Assembly: GCA_051954235.1 (NCBI GenBank)
Contig: JBQCHY010000056.1
Span: 4,499-68,498, forward strand
Direction of reading: 5' to 3'
From: Xanthobacteraceae bacterium
GTDB taxonomy: Bacteria; Pseudomonadota; Alphaproteobacteria; Rhizobiales; Xanthobacteraceae
Length of the DNA stretch: 64,000 bases
The notes beneath the pieces were generated by a model that saw nothing but the letters and a program-made list of their open reading frames with translations, made no database searches and was not told where the DNA came from. The first letter of the stretch is position 1, and every line of letters begins with the position of its first letter. Shown here one piece after another: positions 9,385-21,770 of this stretch. The position numbers and the translations under genes were made by a program.

Positions 9385-10683
9385 TCACCCTTCGATTCTG
9401 ACGTAAGCACCGTCGGGGGGCGACCGAATGCGATCGCGCGACGTCAAATTTTTAGGGCTACCGTCATTCCCAGTCTGTCGATGATCAATCGAATCGACAC
9501 TCTGAACCCGCCGATTCAAAAGAACCCCCCAACCTAAACCGATCACCGACCAGAAAACCGGGGCGGAAAAAGTAATCAAGAGCAATGAGAATGTGTTCAA
9601 ATAGAGCGCAAAGCGCGCCATGGGTACATCGTGATTAAAGAGCCGAATAATCGACTTACCGAACGCAACTAAGGCCAGTCCGTAGTATAGAACAAACCCG
9701 AAGTATCCATATGTCACCCATGCCGATAGCGCATTGTGAGCATATTCTCCTGCTCCGGTCAGTCGGTCGCCCCCGAATAATCCGGATAGCGGATTTTGGA
9801 CAATTTGCTCCCACGCTATCCCGCTCAGTTCTTGTCGAGCATTCCACGAGGTTGAGTTACCGAGATCGAAGATTTCAAGCTGGCGGGATGCTAAGAGCAT
9901 ATCGAAGCTGAGAAATAGAATCGCCGACGCGCAGCCCCCCAAGAGAACTAAAAACAAAAGATTAGTACTCCTTCTCAGAGAAAGGAGGGCTTCAAGCACG
10001 ACAACGCAGAATATGAAACCAAAAAGCTCAGCGCGGGCAGCTGCAAGAAAGACAATGCAAGCACATGGCAGGATAACAAGAACTCTAAAATATACCGTAC
10101 CGATGAAAGATAGGGCCAGCAAAGCTGTCAATGTTATGGACCTGGAAAATCCTTGATAAGAAGCGGTATTCAAATTGCTAAAATATCGGCTGGGGTCGAA
10201 GCTTAGCCATTGATAATCAGTGAAGTAAGCGGTCAACAGACTCATCAGGGCTAGAAATACCCATATCGCGGCCCTAAACTTACGTGAATTCTCACTCATG
10301 TATGCGCCGATAGACAGAAGCGCAAACAAGGATACGACTAGTACCAAGCTATCGGAAACGGCCGCGATTGCCACATTCGCGGGCTCCGTTTGGGAGCCCA
10401 TCCAAAACGTCCACACAATACAATAGACCAAAAAAATCATTATGAATCCAGCAAACGCCTCGTTCAGCGCCAAGCTGATCCACTTCGACAAGAATACAGT
10501 CGAGAATAGTAGCGAAATAAGTATCGATATCTCGACATTTGACCCGCTATCAACTTCAATTAGTTGAGCAGCTCTGGCCAGATTCCACAAATAAAATCCG
10601 GGGAAAAGCAATATAAATCCGATATTCGCGACTCGGTTTGCCAAAACCCGACTGCTTTCTTTCCACGAGACACTTCGTTTCAT
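9385..10683 (-). CDS. Wzy-like O-antigen/EPS polymerase (polytopic membrane protein)
   Basis: The 432-aa protein has 10 or more hydrophobic segments and a periplasmic-loop motif GAGEYAHNALSAWVTYG (Wzy_C-like). It lies inside the glycan operon. Confidence 0.65.
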   Translation of the reverse strand: MKRSVSWKESSRVLANRVANIGFILLFPGFYLWNLARAAQLIEVDSGSNVEISILISLLFSTVFLSKWISLALNEAFAGFIMIFLVYCIVWTFWMGSQTEPANVAIAAVSDSLVLVVSLFALLSIGAYMSENSRKFRAAIWVFLALMSLLTAYFTDYQWLSFDPSRYFSNLNTASYQGFSRSITLTALLALSFIGTVYFRVLVILPCACIVFLAAARAELFGFIFCVVVLEALLSLRRSTNLLFLVLLGGCASAILFLSFDMLLASRQLEIFDLGNSTSWNARQELSGIAWEQIVQNPLSGLFGGDRLTGAGEYAHNALSAWVTYGYFGFVLYYGLALVAFGKSIIRLFNHDVPMARFALYLNTFSLLLITFSAPVFWSVIGLGWGVLLNRRVQSVDSIDHRQTGNDGSPKNLTSRDRIRSPPDGAYVRIEG

Positions 10684-10734
10684 CGTAGTGCGAAGCCACA
10701 GCGAGACATTCGGAGGTCAGAACTTGTCTTGGAG

Positions 10735-12672
10735 TTATACAGAATCCGCAGCGACAAGCTCTTCGAAGTTCTCCTCACCTATTCCTGTGTCGATATGAGC
10801 GCGATACCATCGAACATAGTTTACCCACCGCCAGATCTGCCAATTGAACGGCGCTCGATTAGTTACGATCCTATTAAACGACTCGAGAAGAGCGTCGGCG
10901 TTAATGAATGGAATGCTGGCGGCGTCCTGCAACCACTGCCGAATTACCGGGGTAATGCTTAGCAGCCAGTCCCGTTCAGGCGTTGCAAAGCCAATCTTAT
11001 CACGTCGATCCAGAACTACATCTGGTACAATGCCTCGCATAGCGGCCCGAAAGACACGCTTCGTTTCTCCGGCCTCTGATATTAGATAGCTCTCTGGGAG
11101 AGAGAACAGCAATTCCGCCATCGGATTGGTAAGAAATGGAACGCGGCTTTCAATCGAGAATGCCATCGAATTCCTGTCGCCGTGCCGGAGCAAATGTGGC
11201 AGACCCCGCCGCTGGAGGCTGTCGGCGAGTTGTTCTACGACGCGCCGTCCTCTGTTGTCGCGCGATAGAGTTGGCCGCTTCTCCTGAAAGATGACCCCGG
11301 CATCACGTAACAGATCGGTTTTGAGCCAGCCTGGTTGAAAATCGCGTCCAAGTACCTTGCGAGCCTGACGATACAGCCGGTCTGGAAAAACAGAGTGCCC
11401 GAGATACATCCACGCCTGACGATAAGAGCGACCGGGCCAGTTACCCCAATCCCGTGCAAAGCGGTGCATAGCGCCATATTGCCCACTTTCCAAGAGACTC
11501 AACAAGCGCTGGCCTGGATAGCCATCATAACCGGCAAGAAGTTCGTCAGCCCCCTGTCCATCAAGGGTAACAGTTATACCATTCTCACGAGCTAGTTTGA
11601 AAACACGATACTGCGCATAAATGCTTGTACTACCGAAAGGCTCACCCTGAGCCTTGATAAGCGCATCCAAATCCCGAATCAATTCACTAGCGTCCGCTTT
11701 GACCTTATGCGGAATCGCGCCTGTTGTTTGGTTGACCAAATCAACCCATTTCTCCTCCGAGACCTTATCATCCTCGGCAATATAGCTAAACGTATGGATT
11801 GGTATTGAGGGATCGACATGGCGCATTGCACACACGACGGCGGAAGAATCGATCCCCCCCGACAACGCTGCTCCAAGTGGCACATCGCTCCTCAGATTCA
11901 GCCGGACGTTATAGAGAAATTGTTCACGGACAGCCTCTACTGCCTGACCAAAGGTAAACTTCGATACCTCTCGCGTCGGCGGGCGCCACCAGATCTCAGG
12001 CTGTGCTGATGTAGTCGAATCGATATCTACTTCAATAAGGGTTCCAGGCAATAGATGCCGCACGCCTTCCACAAAAGTGCGCTCCTGGCTATCATAATCG
12101 CCATGTACCAGATAGTCGTAAGCACGCTGCAAATCTGGTCTCGCCCGTAAACCTCGCAGCTCCAGTAGGGCTGCCTGCTCCGAGGCGAATCGGAAACCGC
12201 TCTTGTCCCGATCATAGAACAAAGGCTTGATACCAAAAGCGTCGCGTACGCATGTCAACTTGTTGCTGCGGCGATTGTGAACAGCAAAGGCAAACATGCC
12301 CTCAAGCCGGGGCAGGCAAGATTTACCCCACTCGGCCCAGGCAGCCAGCAGAACCTCCGTGTCAGATTCCGAATAAAACTGACGCCCCGCAGCCCGCAAC
12401 TCCTCACGTAGTTCGCGATAATTGTAGATCTCACCATTGAATACTATGGCCAACTGCTGATCCGGGCTCAGCATAGGCTGATGCCCTTTCTCGCTGAGAT
12501 CAATGATCGAAAGACGGTTCTGACCGACAGCCACAACGCCTCGCGCACATCTTGCGATCGCGTGCCCGCTATCGTCCGGGCCTCGATGGCGCAAGAGTGC
12601 TAGGGCCGAAAGGATGCGCCCCTTGACGGGAGCTTGGTCGTCACACCATAGCCCGCCAACGATCCCGCACAT
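10735..12672 (-). CDS. Asparagine synthase (glutamine-hydrolysing) paralog, AsnB/WbpS-type amidotransferase
   Basis: It has MCGIVGG Ntn Cys2 (start taken at 12670-12672), an SGGIDSS PP-loop, and full-length AsnB architecture. Confidence 0.9.
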   Translation of the reverse strand: MCGIVGGLWCDDQAPVKGRILSALALLRHRGPDDSGHAIARCARGVVAVGQNRLSIIDLSEKGHQPMLSPDQQLAIVFNGEIYNYRELREELRAAGRQFYSESDTEVLLAAWAEWGKSCLPRLEGMFAFAVHNRRSNKLTCVRDAFGIKPLFYDRDKSGFRFASEQAALLELRGLRARPDLQRAYDYLVHGDYDSQERTFVEGVRHLLPGTLIEVDIDSTTSAQPEIWWRPPTREVSKFTFGQAVEAVREQFLYNVRLNLRSDVPLGAALSGGIDSSAVVCAMRHVDPSIPIHTFSYIAEDDKVSEEKWVDLVNQTTGAIPHKVKADASELIRDLDALIKAQGEPFGSTSIYAQYRVFKLARENGITVTLDGQGADELLAGYDGYPGQRLLSLLESGQYGAMHRFARDWGNWPGRSYRQAWMYLGHSVFPDRLYRQARKVLGRDFQPGWLKTDLLRDAGVIFQEKRPTLSRDNRGRRVVEQLADSLQRRGLPHLLRHGDRNSMAFSIESRVPFLTNPMAELLFSLPESYLISEAGETKRVFRAAMRGIVPDVVLDRRDKIGFATPERDWLLSITPVIRQWLQDAASIPFINADALLESFNRIVTNRAPFNWQIWRWVNYVRWYRAHIDTGIGEENFEELVAADSV

Positions 12673-12813
12673 CGCCACCTCACTTTTTGTGCGACCGGCA
12701 TTTTGGCGACATTCGACAGAATGCACCTGCATGAATGCGGTACCACAGCGGCGGTTGCTAACAGATAATTGAGAAAGTTTGCAAGCGCGAAACTCAAGAG
12801 GTCTGAAGGACCG

Positions 12814-13935
12814 CTAGCTGGGAACGAAAGGGGCTTTAGAGGCTCGAACCCCTCTTACGACAGCCCAAGCAATCCCGAAAAATAGTCCCAACAACAAAGC
12901 TGTTGGCACAACAATCAACATTTTTGGGAATATTTTCTTAGCCCGAGCTTCAGCCAGACTATATGAGACCGATTCAGCTTGGTCAGGCTTGCTTAACACG
13001 GATCGCGCAAGGAGAGCACTCACCTGCGCTCGCGACACATCGTTCTTGAGAACGAATATTTCCTTCTGCATATCGCGCAGATGTGGGATATATGGATCGT
13101 CGTCCTTTCGGTTCTCCAGTATGTTAACTTGCTCTTCCAACGCCAGATATCCGTCGAAGTATTTCGGATAGCTCAAAGCAGGTTGAAGCTGTCGTTCAGG
13201 GGAAGCGGGCTGCTGAACGGTAGGGGCTGGGGCAAAGCGATCGATAGTGAGTGCCTGCGCCCGAAGTTCCAACGGTCGATCTAGACCAACCGAGCGCGCG
13301 ACCAACGCCTCTTTTCTTAATTTCGCGATATCATCGTGTTTCTCCGCCGCAACTTTTTCTCGTTCCGCCGCAATTAACACGTTAGTTCGCTTGATCCCCC
13401 AGGCCATCGCTTCTTCGTCTGCAGCCACGCGGCGCTCAATTTCTTCCCGGATCCCCACCGCGAGATCCCGACTTGCACGCTTCAGCGCATCTGACACAAA
13501 GGTATTTAGCCGTTCTTCGTTGTCGTATGTCGCCGTCATTTGCAAGCTGATGAAAGTTCGCGCTTCTCCTTGCTTTGCAGGATCACCTTCTTTGACCTTG
13601 AAATCAACTCTAGCACCGGCGACACCTGCTTCTTTCTCCGCAAGCGCAAGGCGGTTCCGATCGGTGAGGTATTTGACGAACTCCCCAGCAAGTGCCTCCC
13701 GCGTATATCCAAAACGGCTAGCGGCCACCAAATCGGCATAATCGGCAAACTTTGCGCGCGTTAGGGGGGTGATCTCCACTTCCGCCCGATAGCTGGCAGG
13801 GATTACGAAATAAACCACCAGGCCCATAACCAGAAAGAGTAACGTGACGACGCCGATCAGTCGTCGGCTCTTCCATGTCATATCCATCAGGTCGATAAGA
13901 TCGAATTCTGCCCGTGCGGTCCCCTGCTCGCTCAT
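12814..13935 (-). CDS. Wzz-type chain-length determinant (PCP-1-like)
   Basis: An N-terminal TM (LIGVVTLLFLVMGLVVYFVI) is followed by PASYRAEVEITP (Wzz motif), a long coiled-coil periplasmic region and a C-terminal TM. The start at MSEQG has an AAGAGG RBS. Confidence 0.75.
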   Translation of the reverse strand: MSEQGTARAEFDLIDLMDMTWKSRRLIGVVTLLFLVMGLVVYFVIPASYRAEVEITPLTRAKFADYADLVAASRFGYTREALAGEFVKYLTDRNRLALAEKEAGVAGARVDFKVKEGDPAKQGEARTFISLQMTATYDNEERLNTFVSDALKRASRDLAVGIREEIERRVAADEEAMAWGIKRTNVLIAAEREKVAAEKHDDIAKLRKEALVARSVGLDRPLELRAQALTIDRFAPAPTVQQPASPERQLQPALSYPKYFDGYLALEEQVNILENRKDDDPYIPHLRDMQKEIFVLKNDVSRAQVSALLARSVLSKPDQAESVSYSLAEARAKKIFPKMLIVVPTALLLGLFFGIAWAVVRGVRASKAPFVPS

Positions 13936-14470
13936 AGCATCAAGCCTCTTATCAACGCGCAAAAGTACGAATTAACCAAACTCAGTTTGGTCCAAGTTTC
14001 CTTGACCGACGGTTTCGAGGGTATGACTGGGAAGAAAATGAATGCCAAGCGACAGAAACATAACTATCCCCTTTAAAACCAAAAACGTCTCCATACTGAG
14101 TATCAACTTATCTTCGCCGACTACAGCGATCCAAAAGCGCCCAAAGCAATCGCATTTGCATCCACGTCGCGGCGTTGGCGAAGCTAAACTATTCACTCCG
14201 AGAAAACGCATAGCAGAGTGATTTTGAACTTCCAAGCTCCAAGTAAACCTCTCGAAAACGGCGGGATAATAGGTAACTGGATGCGAGGAGGTCTCTCACA
14301 ATACCGAGGCGCACTCCGAAACATTGATCATACCCAGAATATGACAATGTCTCGATGCTGAAAGGGAACATACAAATATATCGTGCATCGATCTCAATAC
14401 CGATGTCCCTCAAAATCCTCGTCGGCCATGGAGGCGTGCGCAAGGTTCTGACGCCCAAGGATAGAACACC

Positions 14471-14487
14471 CTAGAATTGCATTCTAG
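14471..14487. promoter_or_regulatory. Perfect 17-bp palindrome CTAGAAT-TGC-ATTCTAG in the divergent control region
   Basis: Read directly from the sequence. It sits about 150 bp upstream of the WbpM/PglF-like start, in a 700-bp AT-rich gap between divergent operons. No cognate factor is known. Confidence 0.2.
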
Positions 14488-14632
14488 AATCAATTCTTTA
14501 GTTGCGAAACAAGCCCTATTGGGAATCGGAGCTATCAGCCGTATCACTAATGCTTGCCTAAATCTCGAAACAGCATATTAGCGGGTATGAAAAGCCTATA
14601 GCTGATATCTGGATGGAATCGGAAGCATTCCT

Positions 14633-16555
14633 ATGATCCGTTTTATGAGTCCAAAACTCACAACACGCAATTATTTGATCGCCCTTCATGACACGCTAGC
14701 GACCGCGCTCGCGGTGTTGATCAGTTTTTTTCTTCGCTTTGAAGGCAGCGCCCTCGAAACACGCCTCCCCGTCCTTTTGTGGATACTCATCCCCTTTCTG
14801 GTTCTGAGCATTATCGTCTGCTATTTCTCTGGTTTGACCACCACGAAATGGAGGTTCGTCTCTCTTCCAGACGTATTCAATATTATTCGCACCGCGACCA
14901 TCCTAACGGTGGCTTTATTGGTGCTGGACTATATTTTTGTCGCGCCGGATATGGGCGACCGCTTCTTTCTCGGCAAAACAACGATCATTCTCTACTGGTT
15001 TCTTGAAGTCTTTTTCCTGAGCGCGTCCCGCTTCGCCTATCGTTACTTTCGCTTCACTCGCACCCAAAATAAAGCACGTGTCGGCGACGCCGCGCCAGCC
15101 TTGTTGATCGGCTTGGCCGCTGACGCAGAGATCGTGCTGCGAGCCTCCGAAAGTGGCGCGATCAAGCAACTTCGGCCGATCGGCATTTTGTCGCCGTCAT
15201 CCGCGGATCGCGGGCAGGTGATCCGACGCACGCCTGTCCTTGGCGGAGTCGAAGACCTAACCGAGGTCGTCAATGACTTCACGAAGCGGGGGACGTCGAT
15301 CAAGCGAGTCATCTTGACTCCGTCAGCGTTTGAACCCGGCGTCCCGTCCGATTCAATTTTGCTTGCTGCTCGAAAGCTCGGCCTGATCGCAAGCCGCCTT
15401 CCCTCTCTTGAGGCCGGAGAAGCACCGCAACTAAAGCCGGTTGCCGTTGAGGACCTTCTTCTGCGTCCGAGCCACAAGATCGACTATAGCCGTCTCGAAG
15501 ATCTGGTTCGCAACAAGGCGATCATCGTTACTGGCGGCGGTGGCTCGATCGGATCGGAAATCTGCGATCGTGTCGTTACCTTTGGTGCTGCTCGCCTCTT
15601 GATTATCGAGAATTCGGAGCCGGCACTATATGCAGTTCAGGAAGCGTTGGTCGCCCGGCAGACGAATGCCACAATCGAAGGCCGCGTGGCGGATATTCGT
15701 GACCGCGCGCGAATCCACCGCCTGATGCAGGAGTTCAAGCCGAACATCGTGTTCCATGCCGCCGCCCTCAAACATGTTCCTATTCTGGAGCGAGATTGGA
15801 GTGAGGGCGTCAAAACCAATATTTTTGGGTCAATCATCGTTGCGGATGCCGCAGCAGCCTCAGGCGCCGATGCCATGGTGATGATTTCGACGGACAAGGC
15901 CGTCGAGCCAGTTTCCATGCTCGGCCTGACCAAACGCTTTGCTGAAATGTATTGTCAAGCGCTGGATCGCGAACTCGCGGCACGAACCAGCGGCAAATTG
16001 CCGATGCGCTTGATATCGGTCCGGTTCGGAAATGTGTTGGCGTCGAATGGTTCCGTCGTACCGAAATTCAAGGCTCAGATTGAGGCGGGCGGACCGGTCA
16101 CGGTCACTCATCCTGATATGGTTCGATACTTTATGACAATCCGGGAGGCCTGCGACCTGGTCATTACGGCCGCGACCCATGCCCTTTCGCCCACCCGCTC
16201 GGACGTCTCGGTTTACGTCCTCGATATGGGACAACCGGTCCGGATCGTTGAGCTCGCCGAACGCCTGATTCAACTTTCGGGTCTACAGATCGGGCATGAC
16301 ATCGATATCGTCTTTTCAGGAATTCGCCCTGGCGAACGGCTCAATGAAATCCTGTTTACGGATCAGGAACCGACCATAGACATTGGTATCTCCGGCGTAA
16401 TGGCCGCCAAGCCAAACGAATCATCGATGCTCGAACTGAGAAAATGGATCGCCGTTCTCGAAAAAGCCGTTGCAGACGACGAGCGAGGCGTCGTCAAAGC
16501 AACGTTGACCGAGGCGGTTCCAGAGTTCGGCCACCCGGCTTCGGAGCTCCATTAG
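14633..16555 (+). CDS. Membrane-anchored UDP-GlcNAc 4,6-dehydratase (WbpM/PglF/CapD family)
   Basis: Four N-terminal TMs are followed by an SDR domain with IIVTGGGGSIGSE (Rossmann) and the MISTDKAV motif. The 640-aa length is typical of the family. Confidence 0.9.
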   Translation: MIRFMSPKLTTRNYLIALHDTLATALAVLISFFLRFEGSALETRLPVLLWILIPFLVLSIIVCYFSGLTTTKWRFVSLPDVFNIIRTATILTVALLVLDYIFVAPDMGDRFFLGKTTIILYWFLEVFFLSASRFAYRYFRFTRTQNKARVGDAAPALLIGLAADAEIVLRASESGAIKQLRPIGILSPSSADRGQVIRRTPVLGGVEDLTEVVNDFTKRGTSIKRVILTPSAFEPGVPSDSILLAARKLGLIASRLPSLEAGEAPQLKPVAVEDLLLRPSHKIDYSRLEDLVRNKAIIVTGGGGSIGSEICDRVVTFGAARLLIIENSEPALYAVQEALVARQTNATIEGRVADIRDRARIHRLMQEFKPNIVFHAAALKHVPILERDWSEGVKTNIFGSIIVADAAAASGADAMVMISTDKAVEPVSMLGLTKRFAEMYCQALDRELAARTSGKLPMRLISVRFGNVLASNGSVVPKFKAQIEAGGPVTVTHPDMVRYFMTIREACDLVITAATHALSPTRSDVSVYVLDMGQPVRIVELAERLIQLSGLQIGHDIDIVFSGIRPGERLNEILFTDQEPTIDIGISGVMAAKPNESSMLELRKWIAVLEKAVADDERGVVKATLTEAVPEFGHPASELH

Positions 16556-16887
16556 GTATACCTGAAACGACCAGGTGCGATACAACAGCCTCGCCGCTCC
16601 GGTAATTCTAAAATGCTTTGCCCCGGAAGCGGGACACTCCAATGCGGGAAACGCCCTACCGCGACATATTGTGCGACCTCAGTCAAACTGTTATGGCATC
16701 GCAATAATAGGGTTCGGGCGCTGTTGCGACCAAGCATCCAGAACACGACGGACAGGCGTGCCTCAGGAAGCGTTACCGAATGTAAGCGATTGTTACCAAT
16801 CTAGTTTCTTGATTTTTTCAAGAAGATTCGGCAGAGCATCCAGCGTCTATTTCTCGATTCTGGTTGGGGTCATCAAAGGTTCAATCA

Positions 16888-19217
<2,330 letters not shown>

Positions 19218-19218
19218 C

Positions 19219-19827
19219 ATGACAGATACAAAAGGTCAGATGAGAGAAGATCCCCGCTTCCCGGGCGTATCAATTCATGAATCGGCGTATGTCGATCATG
19301 ATGTCGCCATCGGGCCGGGGTCTCGCGTATGGCACTTCGTTCATATTCTGCCCAAGGTCACCATCGGCAAGGATTGCATCTTCGGCCAGAACGTCATGAT
19401 TGGCCCGGACGTCAAAATCGGCAATGGCTGCAAGGTGCAGAACAACGTTGCTCTCTACGCCGGCGTCGAACTCGCCGACGATGTCTTTTGCGGACCATCC
19501 TGCGTTTTTACCAACGTGAACAATCCGCGCGCCTTTGTCAGTCGTAAGGACGAGTTTCGGCGAACGCCAGTTGGCAGAGGGGCGAGTATCGGCGCCAACG
19601 CAACGATTGTTTGCGGCCATTCACTCGGCGCCTATTGCTTCATCGCGGCCGGTGCTGTCGTCACTACGGATGTCCCCGACTTCGCGCTCATGGCAGGCGT
19701 TCCAGCCCGACGTATCGGTTGGATGAGCCGAGAAGGCGAGAAATTGGGCTCAGATCTTCGATGCCCGCGGACCGGTGAACGCTATCGCGAAACGCCGGAT
19801 GGCCGCTTGGAGGTAATTTCCGAATGA
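19219..19827 (+). CDS. wbpD: UDP-GlcNAc3NA 3-N-acetyltransferase (left-handed beta-helix, WbpD/WlbB-type)
   Basis: It has hexapeptide repeats (IGPGSRV, IGKDCIF, IGPDVKI, IGNGCKV) and a C-terminal MAGVPARRIGWMS. The position between wbpB and wbpE homologs fits. Confidence 0.8.
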   Translation: MTDTKGQMREDPRFPGVSIHESAYVDHDVAIGPGSRVWHFVHILPKVTIGKDCIFGQNVMIGPDVKIGNGCKVQNNVALYAGVELADDVFCGPSCVFTNVNNPRAFVSRKDEFRRTPVGRGASIGANATIVCGHSLGAYCFIAAGAVVTTDVPDFALMAGVPARRIGWMSREGEKLGSDLRCPRTGERYRETPDGRLEVISE

Positions 19828-20942
19828 GCAAGACATCGATTGATTTCATCGATCTCAAATCTCAATATCGTACGCTCAAGACATCGATCGACGATCGCAT
19901 TCAGGCCGTTCTGAATCATGGCCAATACGTTATGGGCCCCGAAGTCGGCGAGCTCGAAGACAAGCTTGCAGCCTTCGTCGGCGGCGGCCAATGCATCACC
20001 GTTGCGTCCGGGACCGAGGCTCTGCTGATTGCGTTGATGGCGCTGGGAGTCAAGGCTGGCGACGAGGTGATCACATCGCCGTTTACATTTGCTGCAACGG
20101 CGGAAGTTATAGCTCTGGTTGGCGCGACGCCGGTTTTTGTCGATATCGAACCCGATACCTGCAACATCGACGTGCGCCGCATCGAAGCTGCCATAACTCC
20201 CAAAACGCGCGCGATCATGCCGGTTTCCCTTTACGGGCAAGCACCGGACATGGACGACATCAATGCGATTGCCGATCGTCACAATCTCACCGTTATCGAC
20301 GACGCGGCGCAAAGTTTTGGCGCAACCTATCGAGATCGTCGAAGCTGCGCCTTATCGACGATCGGCTGCACCAGCTTTTTCCCCAGCAAGCCTTTGGGGT
20401 GCTATGGCGATGGCGGCGCCATATTCACCACGGACGACTCGCTTGCCAAAGCGATGCGGGAGATCCGGGTCCATGGTCAGGAGCGTCGCTATCACCACAC
20501 CCGGATCGGTGTCGGTGGCCGCATGGATACCATTCAATGCGCCGTCGTGCTTTCAAAGCTTGAGCGCTTCGATTGGGAGTTGGAACGGCGCGAGGAAATC
20601 GCGCAGCGCTATATTCGATCGCTGTCCGGCTCCAACGCGGTTACGCCGCCTGTGGTGCGACCCGACCGGACATCCGCCTGGGCGCAATTTACCGTCCAGG
20701 TCGAGCGCCGAGACCACGTCATTAAGTCGCTGAACGACCACGGCGTCCCCACCGCCATTCACTACCCCATTCCGCTTCACCTGCAACCGGCCTACCGGGA
20801 CCTTTGCCGCATATCGGGAAGCCTCTCTAATGCAGAGCACGTGGCCGACCGTGTCTTCAGCCTACCGATGCATCCTTATCTTTCCGAAGCGACACAAGAC
20901 ACAATCGTTGCCCGTCTTCTGGATTCGGCCGCGGCGTCCTGA
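19824..20942 (+). CDS. wbpE: UDP-3-oxo-GlcNAcA aminotransferase (DegT/DnrJ/EryC1 family, WbpE/WlbC-type)
   Basis: It shows the DegT-family pattern (GPEVGELEDKLAAF..., SFFPSKPLGCYGDGGA with the PLP Lys). The ATGA start/stop overlap with wbpD suggests translational coupling. Confidence 0.8.
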   Translation: MSKTSIDFIDLKSQYRTLKTSIDDRIQAVLNHGQYVMGPEVGELEDKLAAFVGGGQCITVASGTEALLIALMALGVKAGDEVITSPFTFAATAEVIALVGATPVFVDIEPDTCNIDVRRIEAAITPKTRAIMPVSLYGQAPDMDDINAIADRHNLTVIDDAAQSFGATYRDRRSCALSTIGCTSFFPSKPLGCYGDGGAIFTTDDSLAKAMREIRVHGQERRYHHTRIGVGGRMDTIQCAVVLSKLERFDWELERREEIAQRYIRSLSGSNAVTPPVVRPDRTSAWAQFTVQVERRDHVIKSLNDHGVPTAIHYPIPLHLQPAYRDLCRISGSLSNAEHVADRVFSLPMHPYLSEATQDTIVARLLDSAAAS

Positions 20943-21167
20943 ACGTCGCGATAAGAGGCTCAATTCTCAATCTCCAGGAAATGGGACGCGAGGCAATAGG
21001 CTTTGTTTCCCACTACAATCGCGCCGCCATTGCGATAGCGGCGCGGTACGGGTATCTCAGGAGTTGTGCTGAAAGCCGGATGCGGCTGCATACAGCCCGT
21101 TCCGTAACACCTCTGCTGTTTTGCGGTCTACGATCGAGACACCACCAAGCAACGCAATGGACCTGTC

Positions 21168-21770
21168 GTGCTCAAGCAAGCGATCGATATCATTGTCGCC
21201 GTCACGGCCTTGCTGCTGCTCTGGCCCGTCATTCTCGCTTTGACGATTGCGGTTCGCCTGTTCCTTGGAACACCGGTTTTCTTCAAGCAAACGCGAATTG
21301 GCCTCAACGAAAAGCCGTTCCAGATCATCAAATTCCGAACGATGACGGATCAGCGAAACGACGCTGGTGAACTTTGCCCGGACAGCGTGCGCCTCACTCG
21401 TTTCGGAAAATTTCTGCGCTCCACCAGCCTCGACGAACTGCCCGAACTCTACAACATCCTGCGAGGCGAGATGAGTCTCGTGGGTCCGCGGCCGCTCCTC
21501 CCCGAATATCTCCCGCTCTACAATGCCCGTCAGGCCAAACGCCATGAGGTTCGGCCGGGATTGACTGGCTGGGCTCAAATTAATGGTCGCAATGCCCTCG
21601 ACTGGAAGGACCGCTTTGATATGGACGTCTGGTATGTCGAGCACCGCTCGCTCCTTCTCGATCTCAAAATCATTGGCAAAACCGTGCTCACCGTTCTTCG
21701 CCGTGAGGGAATCAATTCAGCCGAGAGCGCCACGATGGCGCCGTTCCGAGGAAACGATCCGTGTCAGTAA
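21168..21770 (+). CDS. Small monotopic phosphoglycosyl transferase (PglC/WbaP C-domain family), initiating sugar-1-P transferase
   Basis: The 200-aa protein has a re-entrant helix, then PVFFKQTRIGLNEKPFQIIKFRTM and GEMSLVGPRP motifs. It uses a GTG start. Confidence 0.85.
   Translation: MLKQAIDIIVAVTALLLLWPVILALTIAVRLFLGTPVFFKQTRIGLNEKPFQIIKFRTMTDQRNDAGELCPDSVRLTRFGKFLRSTSLDELPELYNILRGEMSLVGPRPLLPEYLPLYNARQAKRHEVRPGLTGWAQINGRNALDWKDRFDMDVWYVEHRSLLLDLKIIGKTVLTVLRREGINSAESATMAPFRGNDPCQ

Noticed and set aside
13972-14458. Two small minus-strand ORFs (87 and 89 aa) in the AT-rich divergent gap.
   Set aside because: They have no RBS or recognisable motifs, and their odd composition is typical of random ORFs in AT-rich non-coding DNA. 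The region is better explained as a promoter and control region.
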